Shown here: positions 18,927-27,457 of the stretch, piece after piece
Position numbering within the stretch: position 1 is the first letter of the stretch
How the letters are laid out: each line of letters starts with the position of its first letter
Source: Candidatus Limnocylindrales bacterium
GTDB taxonomy: Bacteria; Chloroflexota; Limnocylindria; Limnocylindrales; CSP1-4
NCBI GenBank assembly: GCA_036392215.1
Contig: DASVYJ010000053.1
Location: 1,052 to 65,051, forward strand
DNA: 64,000 nucleotides
Direction: 5' to 3'
Position numbers and translations under genes: made by a program
The notes under the pieces: model-generated
Seen by the model: the letters and a program-made list of their open reading frames with translations, nothing else
What the model was told of the DNA's origin: nothing
Database searches by the model: none

Positions 18927-19508
18927 TCAGGCGAGGGGCAGGAAGCGCGTCCCTCCCCAATGGCTCATGCCCGGGTTGTGGCGGTGGCCGCTCAGGGCGT
19001 GGTCGCCCTCGGGCATCAGCTCGGGCGGCATGCCGCGTCGTGGTCCGGCAGGTCCCTGCCCTTCCCCGATCCACTGCCACTTCGTCCACCGGGGGCGCTG
19101 CAACGCCGGCAGCGGCGCCTCGCCGGGTGGCTCCTGGCCCTCACCGACCCATTCGCTGCGGTCCCATTCGTCCATCAGGCCGACCTCGTCCCGGCGAGTG
19201 CCGAGGGGCGTGGCCTCAGGCTTCGACTCGATCATCACTGACCGCCCTTTCGTCTTCACCGTATTCCCGGCGACGTAGACCGCCATCGCCACCGCCAGGG
19301 CCCAGCCCCAGGCGATGAGCAGCCAGTCGCCCGAGGCGACGAAGCTCTGGGTCCCCCGGCCGGACTGGTTGAGTGCGGCGACGGCCATCGCGACGACGCC
19401 GTCGCCGAAGGCGATGAGCACGGCCGTGCCGATGAACTCGGCGAGCATCTCGGCGCAGATCGTCCGCGCCCAGCCGTGCCTGGACCATCTCGCGGCCTGT
19501 CCCGCCAT
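18927..19508 (-). pseudogene. MIP/aquaglyceroporin-like fragment (two-TM GlpF N-terminal hairpin) fused to a non-MIP repeat-containing tail. Either a decayed glpF or a novel chimera.
   Basis: MLAEFIGTAVLIAFGDGVVA...WLLIAWGWALAVAMAVYVAG matches MIP helices 1-2. The canonical SGAHLNPA box and all later helices are missing. The tail carries two W-[VI]-G-E-G-Q-x-P repeats and ends ...SGHRHNPGMSHW. The other two minus-strand frames hit stops immediately. Confidence 0.4.
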
Positions 19509-19554
19509 GGCGCTCCTCTCCGGTCCGCCCGACGGCGACCCGCCTGCCGGCGGA

Positions 19555-19595
19555 CCTATATGGATTGTAGTGACATCCTAAACCATTGATTAACG
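19555..19595 (-). promoter_or_regulatory. AT-rich island with a candidate sigma70-type -10 element (TACAAT on the minus strand), upstream of the MIP-like/ptsH/ptsI unit
   Basis: Only a ~40-bp stretch (ctatatggattgtagtgacatcctaaaccattgattaacgg) sits below ~45% GC in a 72% GC genome. The minus-strand TACAAT is at 19564-19569. Confidence 0.3.
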
Positions 19596-19684
19596 GAGCG
19601 GGGCGAGCAGCCGGGGGAAGCGAGCGAGAGACCGCGGATCGTGCGGCGGGGCAGGCGTGGCGGCGCGGCCACGAACCGCGTCCG

Positions 19685-19921
19685 TCAGGCGGACGGACTA
19701 CCTCGGCCGCGAGCCAGGAGCACGAGCAGGCCGGCCGTGCCGACCACGAGCACCACGACCGCGATGGGCAGCGCCGAGAGCGCCTCGCGCAGGGGCGGCA
19801 CGACCGTCGTCACGGCCTCGATGGCGAGGACGGCGAGGACGACCACGACGGCCAGGATCAGGACCTCGCGGAGCCCCGGGCCGCTGCGCCGCGCCGGGCG
19901 ACCGGCGTCGTGCTCAGCCAC
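19685..19921 (-). CDS. Small two-TM membrane protein (78 aa), translationally coupled to the YjeF_N gene
   Basis: GTG start overlapping the upstream stop. Two hydrophobic helices (LILAVVVVLAVLAI and IAVVVLVVGTAGLLVLLA). Confidence 0.35.
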   Translation of the reverse strand: MAEHDAGRPARRSGPGLREVLILAVVVVLAVLAIEAVTTVVPPLREALSALPIAVVVLVVGTAGLLVLLARGRGSPSA

Positions 19922-20729
19922 GGTCCGCCTCGATGGGGATGCCGATGGGGGCGACGAGGACGCGACCCGCCATCGCCGCGCCGCGCCGGGCCAGGAGGCC
20001 GGTCTTGGGCCGGTGGAACGTGACCGTCACGTCGGCCCGGACGACCGGGTCGGACAGGTCGCCGCTCGTGAGGTCGACGGCCGTGGGTGTGTCGACTGCG
20101 ACGACCGGCACGCCCGCCTCCCGCGCGCGGCGCACGACGTCGACGGCGGTCCGGACGGGTTCCCGGAGGACGCCACGGACGCCGGTCCCCAGGAGCGCGT
20201 CGACGACGACGGACGCCCGCTCCACCCCCTGGGCGAGGATCTGGAGGTCGCGCGGAGCCGCGGCGTGGATGCGGGTCACGTTCGCCTCGGCCTCGAGCCG
20301 GTCCCAGTTGCGCGCCGCGTCCGCGGTCCCGGGCCGTCCCTCCGTCGCGACGAGGACCACGACGACGGGCGCGCCCTGCCGAGCGAGCCGGCGGGCCGCC
20401 ACGAACCCGTCCCCGCCGTTGTTGCCGGGCCCGCCGAGCACGAGCACGGGGCCTGTCCGCCAGCGCCCGTTCTCGAGGGCGACGGCCCGCACGACCGCGG
20501 CGACCGCCGTCCCGGCGTGCTCCATCAGGCGGCTGCCCGACACGCCGAGCGCCTGGGCTCGCCGGTCCGCCCCTGTCATCGCCTCGGCGCTGATCGGGGC
20601 GCGGGTCATCGCCTCGCGCCAGCGGGCAGCGAGGGCGGTCAGGTCCAGGTCGAAGAGCTCCGGGTCGTCGGCCGGCAGCGCGCTGACAGGCCGATCGGCC
20701 GAGCGGTCGGGCTCGGTCATCGTCGCCAC
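19914..20729 (-). CDS. nnrE: NAD(P)H-hydrate epimerase (YjeF N-terminal domain protein)
   Basis: LMEHAGTAVA...VLVLGGPGNNGGDGFVAARRL is the YjeF_N signature. No YjeF_C dehydratase domain is fused. Confidence 0.75.
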   Translation of the reverse strand: MATMTEPDRSADRPVSALPADDPELFDLDLTALAARWREAMTRAPISAEAMTGADRRAQALGVSGSRLMEHAGTAVAAVVRAVALENGRWRTGPVLVLGGPGNNGGDGFVAARRLARQGAPVVVVLVATEGRPGTADAARNWDRLEAEANVTRIHAAAPRDLQILAQGVERASVVVDALLGTGVRGVLREPVRTAVDVVRRAREAGVPVVAVDTPTAVDLTSGDLSDPVVRADVTVTFHRPKTGLLARRGAAMAGRVLVAPIGIPIEADRG

Positions 20730-20763
20730 AGCCTAGCGGCTGGGCCAGCCTCGCGAGCGCCGC

Positions 20764-23610
20764 TCAACCGGTGTTCTGCAGGCCGGCCGCGACGCCGCTC
20801 ACGGTGAGCTGGACGAGCCGCTGGAGTCGGCCGCGCGCTGGGTCGTCGGGCGGCAGCGCCCGCAGCCGCGCCAGGAGGCGCACCTGCAGCTCCGAGAGCG
20901 CATCGATGTAGGGCGAGCGGAGGTGGATCGCCCGTTGCAGGCTGGGCGCGCCGTCGAGGAGCCGGCGCCGCCCGGTGACACGGCCGAGCAACTCGACCGT
21001 GCGCCGATGCTCGGCCTCTATGGCAGCCCAGAGCGGCGCGCCGGGCGGCCCGGCCAGCGATGCGTAGAGGCGCCCGACCTCGAGATCGACCTTGGCCAGC
21101 ACGAGTTCGGCGTTGTCGAGCACGGTCGCCAGGAACGGCCACGAGCGGTACAGGCCGGCGAGCCGCTCGACGCCCGCCTCGCCGTGCCCGCGACGGAAGG
21201 CGTCGAGGGCCGAGCCGAGCCCGTACCAGCCGGGCAGCCCGATGCGCGACTGCGACCAGGCGAAGACCCAGGGGATCGCCCGCAGGCCCTCGATCCCCGG
21301 GGCCCGATCCTGGCTCGGTGCGCCCCGGGAGGCGGGCCGTGATCCGATCGGCAGGGCGGACAGCTCGGCCAGGGGTGTCGCGGCCCGGAAGAAGGCGGGG
21401 AAGTCCTCCGCCTCCCAGACGAGGGCCCGGTAGGCGCGCCGCGCCTCCGCCGCCAGCTCGTCCATGACCGCCCGACCGGCCTCGGCCGCGGCGGCGACCG
21501 CGCGGTCGTGCTCGGGCGTCGAGGCGAGCAGCACGGCGCTTGCGACCTGGTCGAGGTGCCGTCCGGCGACCGCCGGGTTGGCGTAGTGGGCGGCGATGAC
21601 CTCGCCCTGCTCGGTCAGCTTGAATCGCCCCGCGATCGAGCCCGGCGGCTGGGCCTGGATCGCCCGGTGAGTCGGTCCGCCACCACGGCCGATCGCGCCG
21701 CCGCGGCCGTGGAAAAGGGTCAGCCCGATCCCCTCGTCGCGGGCGACGCCGGCGAGCGCCTCGGCCGCGCGGTAGAGCATCCAGGACGCGGCGAGGAAGC
21801 CGGATTCCTTGCCCGAGTCGGAGTAGCCGAGCATCACCTCCTGGCGGTCACCGCGCGCGCGGAGGTGGGCTCGATAGGCGGCGTCGCCGAGCAGGCCGCG
21901 CAGTACGCCCGCGGCATCGGTCAGGGCGTCGGCCGACTCGAAGAGCGGGACCACGTCGAGGACCGGGGTCGCGGGCGCGAGTCCGCCGGTCGCCATGGCC
22001 GGGATGGCCTCGTCATCGGCGCGGCTGGCGAGCTCGAGGACCGCCGCGGCGTCGCGCGGCGAGCGGGCGAAGCTGATCACGTAGCGCTGACAGGCGACCT
22101 CGCCGAACCGGCGCTGGATCGAGGCGACGGCCCGGAACGTCGCCAGGACCTCCGCAGCGCTCACGCCCGGGGCGACCTCGCGGCCAAGGTCGGGCGGGTC
22201 CGCTGAGAGGGCCTCCAGGGCGGCGGCGTGAACCTCGGCGTGCTGGCGGACCTCGAGCGAGGCGAGGTGGAAGCCGAACGTCTCGACCTGCCAGCGGAAG
22301 TCCTGGAGGCTCCCCCAGGCGACCCGCGGCAGGCCGTCCGCGACGAGCGCGGCCTGGATCTCGTCGAGCTCGGTGACCAGGTCGCCCGGCGACCCGTACC
22401 GGCCCGCGAGCGGGGCGGGCTGCTCGGTCAGGAACGCCCGGGTCCGCCGCAGCCGCTCAGCGATCGCCCCGAAACGGCGGCGATAGGGCTCGTCGGGGAA
22501 GCGCCGAGCGAGGTCCCGCATCGTCTCGGGCAGGACCTCCTCGTCACGGGCGAGCCGGGCCGCGAGCGGACCGCCGAGCCGCTCCCGCGGGACATGGACG
22601 GCGAGGGTGGCGGTGAGGCGCGCCGCCACCGCCTCGTGGCCGCGCAGGACGTGGTCGGCCTGGATGCGGGGCACCTGCGCGGTCACCTCTGCCGTGACGT
22701 TCGGGTTGCCGTCGCGGTCGGCGCCGATCCAGCTGCCCCAGCGCAGGAACGCGGGCACGCGCGGCGGCCGCGTCCCGCTGCGCCCCGCGTCGCTGGCCGC
22801 GCGCTCGGCCGTCGCCTCGTCGGGCCGGGCGAGCGCGTCGTCCAGGGCGCGATAGAGGCGGGGCGTGGCGACGTAGAGCGTCTCGTCGAAGAACGTCAGG
22901 GCGGCGCGGACCTCGTCGAGCGGGGTCGGCCGGGTCGCCCGGACGTGGGCGGCTCGCCACAGCAGCGTGATCTCCTCGCGCAGCCGCCGCCGGAGGTCGT
23001 CGTCGTCCGCGGGGCCGAGGCCTGGCGCGGCGAGCTCGGCCAGGAGACGCTGGCAGCGACGGAGGGCGACGAGCACGGTCCGTCGTCGGGCCTCGGTCGG
23101 GTGAGCGGTCAGGACCGGCTCGATCGCGAGACGAGCCACCAGGTCCTCGACCTCCGATCGGGTACGACCCTGGGTCGCGAGGCGCTCCACGGCCTCCCCG
23201 AACGACCCGTCCGGCCTTCCGCTGCGCCGCGCGGCCCGTCGCGCGGCTCGGACCTCCTCGCGCTCCTCGGCGAGATTGACGAGCTGGAAGTACAGACTGA
23301 ACGCCCGGCCCAGCGCCTCGGCCTGCTCGACCGGGAGGTCGTCGAGGTCGGCGGACAGGGCGTCGCGGAGCGCCTGCTCGCTGTCGCCGTGCCCCTCGGC
23401 GTGGTCGCGGAGGCCGATCGTCGCCCGCCGGACGCGCTCGACGAGCGCCAGCAGGTCGGGCCCGGCCTGCTCGGCGATGACCTGGCCGAGCAACGAGCCC
23501 AGGAGGCGCACCTCTCGGGCGAGCGGATCGCGGGCGCCCGCGGTGCCGATCGCCTGCGGCTCCGCGCGGATGGCGGGGTTGGGATCCGAACTCGCCGACC
23601 GCCTCGCCAC
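20764..23610 (-). CDS. ppc: Phosphoenolpyruvate carboxylase
   Basis: VLTAHPTE motif, C-terminal ...LQNTG, and an N-terminal DPLAREVRLLGSLLGQVI. The proposed start is the GTG at 23610, with a GGAAGGAG RBS 5-6 nt upstream. The track ORF is over-extended to 23835. Confidence 0.9.
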   Translation of the reverse strand: MARRSASSDPNPAIRAEPQAIGTAGARDPLAREVRLLGSLLGQVIAEQAGPDLLALVERVRRATIGLRDHAEGHGDSEQALRDALSADLDDLPVEQAEALGRAFSLYFQLVNLAEEREEVRAARRAARRSGRPDGSFGEAVERLATQGRTRSEVEDLVARLAIEPVLTAHPTEARRRTVLVALRRCQRLLAELAAPGLGPADDDDLRRRLREEITLLWRAAHVRATRPTPLDEVRAALTFFDETLYVATPRLYRALDDALARPDEATAERAASDAGRSGTRPPRVPAFLRWGSWIGADRDGNPNVTAEVTAQVPRIQADHVLRGHEAVAARLTATLAVHVPRERLGGPLAARLARDEEVLPETMRDLARRFPDEPYRRRFGAIAERLRRTRAFLTEQPAPLAGRYGSPGDLVTELDEIQAALVADGLPRVAWGSLQDFRWQVETFGFHLASLEVRQHAEVHAAALEALSADPPDLGREVAPGVSAAEVLATFRAVASIQRRFGEVACQRYVISFARSPRDAAAVLELASRADDEAIPAMATGGLAPATPVLDVVPLFESADALTDAAGVLRGLLGDAAYRAHLRARGDRQEVMLGYSDSGKESGFLAASWMLYRAAEALAGVARDEGIGLTLFHGRGGAIGRGGGPTHRAIQAQPPGSIAGRFKLTEQGEVIAAHYANPAVAGRHLDQVASAVLLASTPEHDRAVAAAAEAGRAVMDELAAEARRAYRALVWEAEDFPAFFRAATPLAELSALPIGSRPASRGAPSQDRAPGIEGLRAIPWVFAWSQSRIGLPGWYGLGSALDAFRRGHGEAGVERLAGLYRSWPFLATVLDNAELVLAKVDLEVGRLYASLAGPPGAPLWAAIEAEHRRTVELLGRVTGRRRLLDGAPSLQRAIHLRSPYIDALSELQVRLLARLRALPPDDPARGRLQRLVQLTVSGVAAGLQNTG

Positions 23611-23759
23611 GCCGCTCCTTCCGGGCCTCCTCCACGCGCCGCCCGACGCGGGGCCGCGTCCGGGAGGATAGCAGCGGGGCCGCCACGCCCCGCGGGACGG
23701 TGCGGTCAGCGGCGCCGACAGCCACGGGCCGACCAGCGGCGGTGGCGCCGCGGGATGGG

Positions 23760-24074
23760 TCAGTCGGCGCCCTCGGGCCGGCAGCAGATGCTGGCCAGCT
23801 GGACGTCGAGGCGGGTGAGCGGCAGCGCCCGGCACTCGGCCGTCGCGGCGGCGGCGAGGGACGTGGCGAGCGCGACCGCGGCCTCGCGGCTCGTGGCCCC
23901 GACCGTCACCCGGACGCGATCACGGCGGAGGCGCGCACTCGCGTCCCGGTAGTGGACGTCGAGGTCGACCCGACAGGTCAGGGCCTCGACGGGCGGGCCC
24001 GACTCCGGGGTGATGGATCCGGCGGCGGGGGCCCCGGTCGAGACGGGACGCTCGGCTGCGAGTGACTGGGACAT
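23760..24074 (-). CDS. Hypothetical small protein upstream of ppc
   Basis: 104-aa ORF with moderately protein-like composition (TCRVDLDVHYRDASARL...), co-oriented between mutY and ppc. No recognisable domain. Confidence 0.3.
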   Translation of the reverse strand: MSQSLAAERPVSTGAPAAGSITPESGPPVEALTCRVDLDVHYRDASARLRRDRVRVTVGATSREAAVALATSLAAAATAECRALPLTRLDVQLASICCRPEGAD

Positions 24075-24242
24075 CGGGACGTTGGACTCCTGGCGACGAG
24101 GACGGGGCGGGGCCGCTCCGCGGGCGAGTCTGGCCGGCCGGGCCGTGCGACCGGGAGGGCCACACCGCCGGGAGCGGCGCCGGGACGGCCCGGGGGGCGG
24201 GGTGCCATTCGGCTCTCCGGCTGAATGCCCGGCGCTCGACCG

Positions 24243-25226
24243 TCAGGCGGCCGGCAGGCGCACCGAACCGTCAGCCGCAAGCTCGAGGAGGCCCTCGCGC
24301 GCCAGGCTCTCCAATGCGCGGCGCACGGCGGCGGCGTCGTGTCCGCCGCGGCCTCCGTCGACGCGGACCCACACCCCAGCCGGCGCGCCGGCCAGCTCGC
24401 GGACGAGCGCGCCGCGGAGCCATCGTGGGGACGCGACGAACCGCTCGGGGACGGTGGCGGCTCGCGCGGGCCGTCGCCGCGCGGCGCGCCCCAGCGGGCC
24501 GCGGGCGGCGCACCAGGCAGCGACCGGACACGCGTCGCAGGCCGGTCGGTCGCGCCTGCAGACGAGCACGGCGAGGTCCATCGTCGCGTGCGTCCAGGCC
24601 GCGGGGTCGCCGCCATCGACGAGGCCGTCGGCGAGGCGTTGAAGGGCGGCCGCTCCCCGATCCTCCCCGAGGAGCCGCGACAGGACGCGCCGGACGTTGA
24701 CGTCGACTGGCCCGACCGGCAGGCCGAAGGCCTGGGCGGCGACTGCGCGCGCCGTGTACGGCCCGACGCCGGGCAGGGCATCGAGCGCGGCGACCTCGGC
24801 CGGGACCTCGCCACCGTGCCGGGCGGCGATGGCGCGGGCGGCCGCCTGGAGGGCGATGGCTCGGCGGTTGTAGCCGAGGCCGGACCACTCCCTGAGGACG
24901 TCGCCGCCGCTCGCCGAGGCCAGGGCCGTCGGCGTCGGGAAGGCGCCGACGAACCGCTCCGCCGCCTCGGCGGCGCGGCCGAGCTGGGTCTGCTGCGACA
25001 TGACCTCGAGGACGAGCACGAACCACGGGTCGCGGCGTTCGCGGACGGCGAGGCGGCGGCCTGCTGCAGCCCACCAGCGGAGCAGCGCCGCGGCGATGTC
25101 GGGAGCGGCGGCCCGGAGCGATGCCTCGGGCGCTGGACGCGGAGGGGCGACGACGGCGCGGCTGCTCGCGCTCAGCGGGGCGGGCACAGGCTCGCGGCGG
25201 GGTGGCTCGATCGACGGACGACGCAC
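24243..25226 (-). CDS. mutY: A/G-specific adenine DNA glycosylase (MutY family)
   Basis: LLRWW..GRR-LPWR-like N-terminus, HhH-GPD (LDALPGVGPYTARAV), and the 4Fe-4S loop CRRDRPACDACPVAAWC. The start is uncertain: no in-frame ATG lies upstream of the conserved N-terminus, and the GTG at 25226 is only one candidate. Confidence 0.7.
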   Translation of the reverse strand: MRRPSIEPPRREPVPAPLSASSRAVVAPPRPAPEASLRAAAPDIAAALLRWWAAAGRRLAVRERRDPWFVLVLEVMSQQTQLGRAAEAAERFVGAFPTPTALASASGGDVLREWSGLGYNRRAIALQAAARAIAARHGGEVPAEVAALDALPGVGPYTARAVAAQAFGLPVGPVDVNVRRVLSRLLGEDRGAAALQRLADGLVDGGDPAAWTHATMDLAVLVCRRDRPACDACPVAAWCAARGPLGRAARRRPARAATVPERFVASPRWLRGALVRELAGAPAGVWVRVDGGRGGHDAAAVRRALESLAREGLLELAADGSVRLPAA

Positions 25227-25646
25227 GCCCTCGAGTCTCGCCGATGCACCGCCCCGCGTCACGCCGCCCGCGCCGGCCGCGGCGGTGACAGGTCGGATGG
25301 GGCCAGCACGATGCGCCGAACGGGGGCGGCGCGAACGGGCCCGCCCAGCGCGATGGGGCGTCCGAGGACGTGCGCCTGCACCGGGTGGGCGCGAGGCCGA
25401 GCCCGCCGGGCGCCACGGAGCGAGCCCGACCGTGCGGTCGACCGCGGGAGGCACCTCCAGGAAGAAACCCCGGCAACCGGCAGAGCCGGCGGCCTGCGGC
25501 GGCGGCGCGGCGGACGGGCACGGGCCGGGCCCTGCGGCTGACCGCGGCGCGGCGAGGCCACCGATCGACAGCTGCGCGTCCCTGCGTCCCGACCGGCGCG
25601 GCCGGCGAGCGGCGCGGCCCGGCCGCGGACTACCATCGGAGGCCGC

Positions 25647-26114
25647 ATGACCAGCCCGACCTTTGCCGCCGCACCGACCGTCGACGCGCCGAACGGCCAG
25701 CTCGTCGTCCTGTTCGACCGCGACTGCGGGGTCTGTTGCGAGACCGTGCGGACGCTCCGCCGGTGGGACCGCGAGCATCGGCTCGAGTTCGTCGCCCTCC
25801 AGGACGCGTCGGGCTCCGGCCGTCCCGTCCTCGAGCAGCTCGCGGGGTCCGCCCGCCTCGCCGACCAGCTCCACGTCGTGGACGAGGCGACCGGCAGCGT
25901 CAGCGTCGGCGGCCAGGCCGCCCTGACCATCCTCGACGCCCTGCCGGGCGGCTGGCTCCTCCGACCATGGGCGTCGCTCCCGCCGACCGGCGTCGCGGCC
26001 GACGTGCTGTACCGCATCGTCTCCCGGCACCGCCAGACGGTGGCCTGGCTCATCGGCCTGCCGGACGAGGTCGCCTGCCCCGTGCCCGGGCCTCCCGGCG
26101 CTCCCCTCCCCTAG
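25647..26114 (+). CDS. Thiol-disulfide oxidoreductase DCC family protein (DUF393)
   Basis: LVVLFDRDCGVCCETVRTL matches the DCC motif. Confidence 0.75.
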   Translation: MTSPTFAAAPTVDAPNGQLVVLFDRDCGVCCETVRTLRRWDREHRLEFVALQDASGSGRPVLEQLAGSARLADQLHVVDEATGSVSVGGQAALTILDALPGGWLLRPWASLPPTGVAADVLYRIVSRHRQTVAWLIGLPDEVACPVPGPPGAPLP

Positions 26115-27457
26115 CCCGCCAGGGCCGTCTCGCGGAGCACCGGCTCGCCCGTCGTCGCGACCCGCTCGATCAGGTCCGCAGCGCGGACCGTGCCCGGGTT
26201 CGCCCGCAGTCGGGCCGCGACGCCGGCCAGCCGACGCGCGAGGAGCTCGTCGTCGAGCAGCCGCTCCAGCGCCGCGAGGAACGCTTCGTCCTCGAAGTCG
26301 TACGTCGGCAGCCGCTCGCCGAAGCCCGTCTCCGCGACCCGCTGGGCGTTGTCATGCTGGTCCCAGAAGAGCGGCAGGACGAGCATCGGCCGGCCGAAGT
26401 GGAACGACTCCGTGACGGTGTTGTTGCCGCCGTGGGTGATGACCAGGTCGACCTGCGGCAGGACGGAGGTCTGCGGCAGGAACGCCTCGCCGATCGCGTT
26501 CGGCGGCAGCCGCAACTGCCCGGCCAGTGGGCCCATCGAGACGACGACGCGGTGCCGCGTGCGGCCGAGCAGGTCGAGCAGGCGCTGCATCAGCTCGACG
26601 TCGGCAGAGCCGAGGCTGCCGAGCGAGAGGTACACCAGCCGACCGCCCACGTCGGCCAGCTCCGGCCGGGGCGACCAGGGCGCGTCGGTCGTCCGGACGC
26701 AGGCGTCGAGCCGATGCCAGGTCGGCCCGAGCGGGCTCGAGCGCAGGTAGTCGGCCTCGGCCGGGAAGACGTAGAGGTCCAGCCAGGGCGACTCGTGGAT
26801 GAACTCGAGCTCCGCCAGGGATGGCGCACCAGCGGACCGGACGAAGGCGTCGAAATCGGCCCACAGGTCTCCGTGGGTCCGACGGTACTCCTCGCGGAAG
26901 TCGGTCCAGGCCGATCCGTCGGCCGCCGGCAGGCCCGAGAAGACCGGCGGCACGAGCGCGTCCTTCAGCTCGGCGGGATTGCAGGAGACGATGCGCACCC
27001 ATGGGCGGCCCGACGCGACGACGGCCGGGAAGCCGACGACGTTGTCCTCGACGACGACGTCCGCCCGGAGCTCGGCCAGGATCTCCCGGAGGCGCGGCTC
27101 GACGTAGCGGGCGCCATCGACGAGGGCCTGCCAGGTCGGCCGGATGAACGCCTCGAGCTGCTCCAAGGTGCTGCGCCGGAAGACCGGGGCGGTGTCGCGG
27201 ATGAAGTCGATCCAGAACTGCCCGGCGACCTCCTCGGCCGCGGGAGGCGGGCCCAGGCGCATCAGCCGCTCCTCGAAGCCCTGGGCGGCGAGGCGGCCGG
27301 CGAACGACTCCTCGATGATGAAGATGACGCGGTGCCCGCGCCGGCGCAGGACGTCGCCGATCCCGATGCAGTTGTTCGTCGGTCCGTGGGCGCCTTCCGG
27401 GAAGAAGACGATCGTGCGGGGTGAGACCTCGCCGGGGCCGTCGGTCACCGCTTCCAC
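26111..27457 (-). CDS. GT1-family glycosyltransferase (MGT/UDP-glycosyltransferase-like)
   Basis: C-terminal nucleotide-sugar binding region with ITHGGNNTVTESFHFGRPMLVLPLFWDQHDNA. Confidence 0.8.
   Translation of the reverse strand: MEAVTDGPGEVSPRTIVFFPEGAHGPTNNCIGIGDVLRRRGHRVIFIIEESFAGRLAAQGFEERLMRLGPPPAAEEVAGQFWIDFIRDTAPVFRRSTLEQLEAFIRPTWQALVDGARYVEPRLREILAELRADVVVEDNVVGFPAVVASGRPWVRIVSCNPAELKDALVPPVFSGLPAADGSAWTDFREEYRRTHGDLWADFDAFVRSAGAPSLAELEFIHESPWLDLYVFPAEADYLRSSPLGPTWHRLDACVRTTDAPWSPRPELADVGGRLVYLSLGSLGSADVELMQRLLDLLGRTRHRVVVSMGPLAGQLRLPPNAIGEAFLPQTSVLPQVDLVITHGGNNTVTESFHFGRPMLVLPLFWDQHDNAQRVAETGFGERLPTYDFEDEAFLAALERLLDDELLARRLAGVAARLRANPGTVRAADLIERVATTGEPVLRETALAG

Noticed and set aside
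18757-19508. Search for a second MIP half (NPA box, helices 3-6) in the other reading frames of the glpF-like locus
   Set aside because: The other two minus-strand frames terminate within a few codons, and no SGxHxNPA or NPAR motif is present. The gene cannot encode a full aquaporin.
24243-26030. 595-aa minus-strand ORF
   Set aside because: Only the ~300-aa C-terminal portion is MutY. The N-terminal extension is Arg/Ala/Pro-rich and lacks an ATG. The start was truncated to the GTG candidate at 25226, with acknowledged uncertainty.
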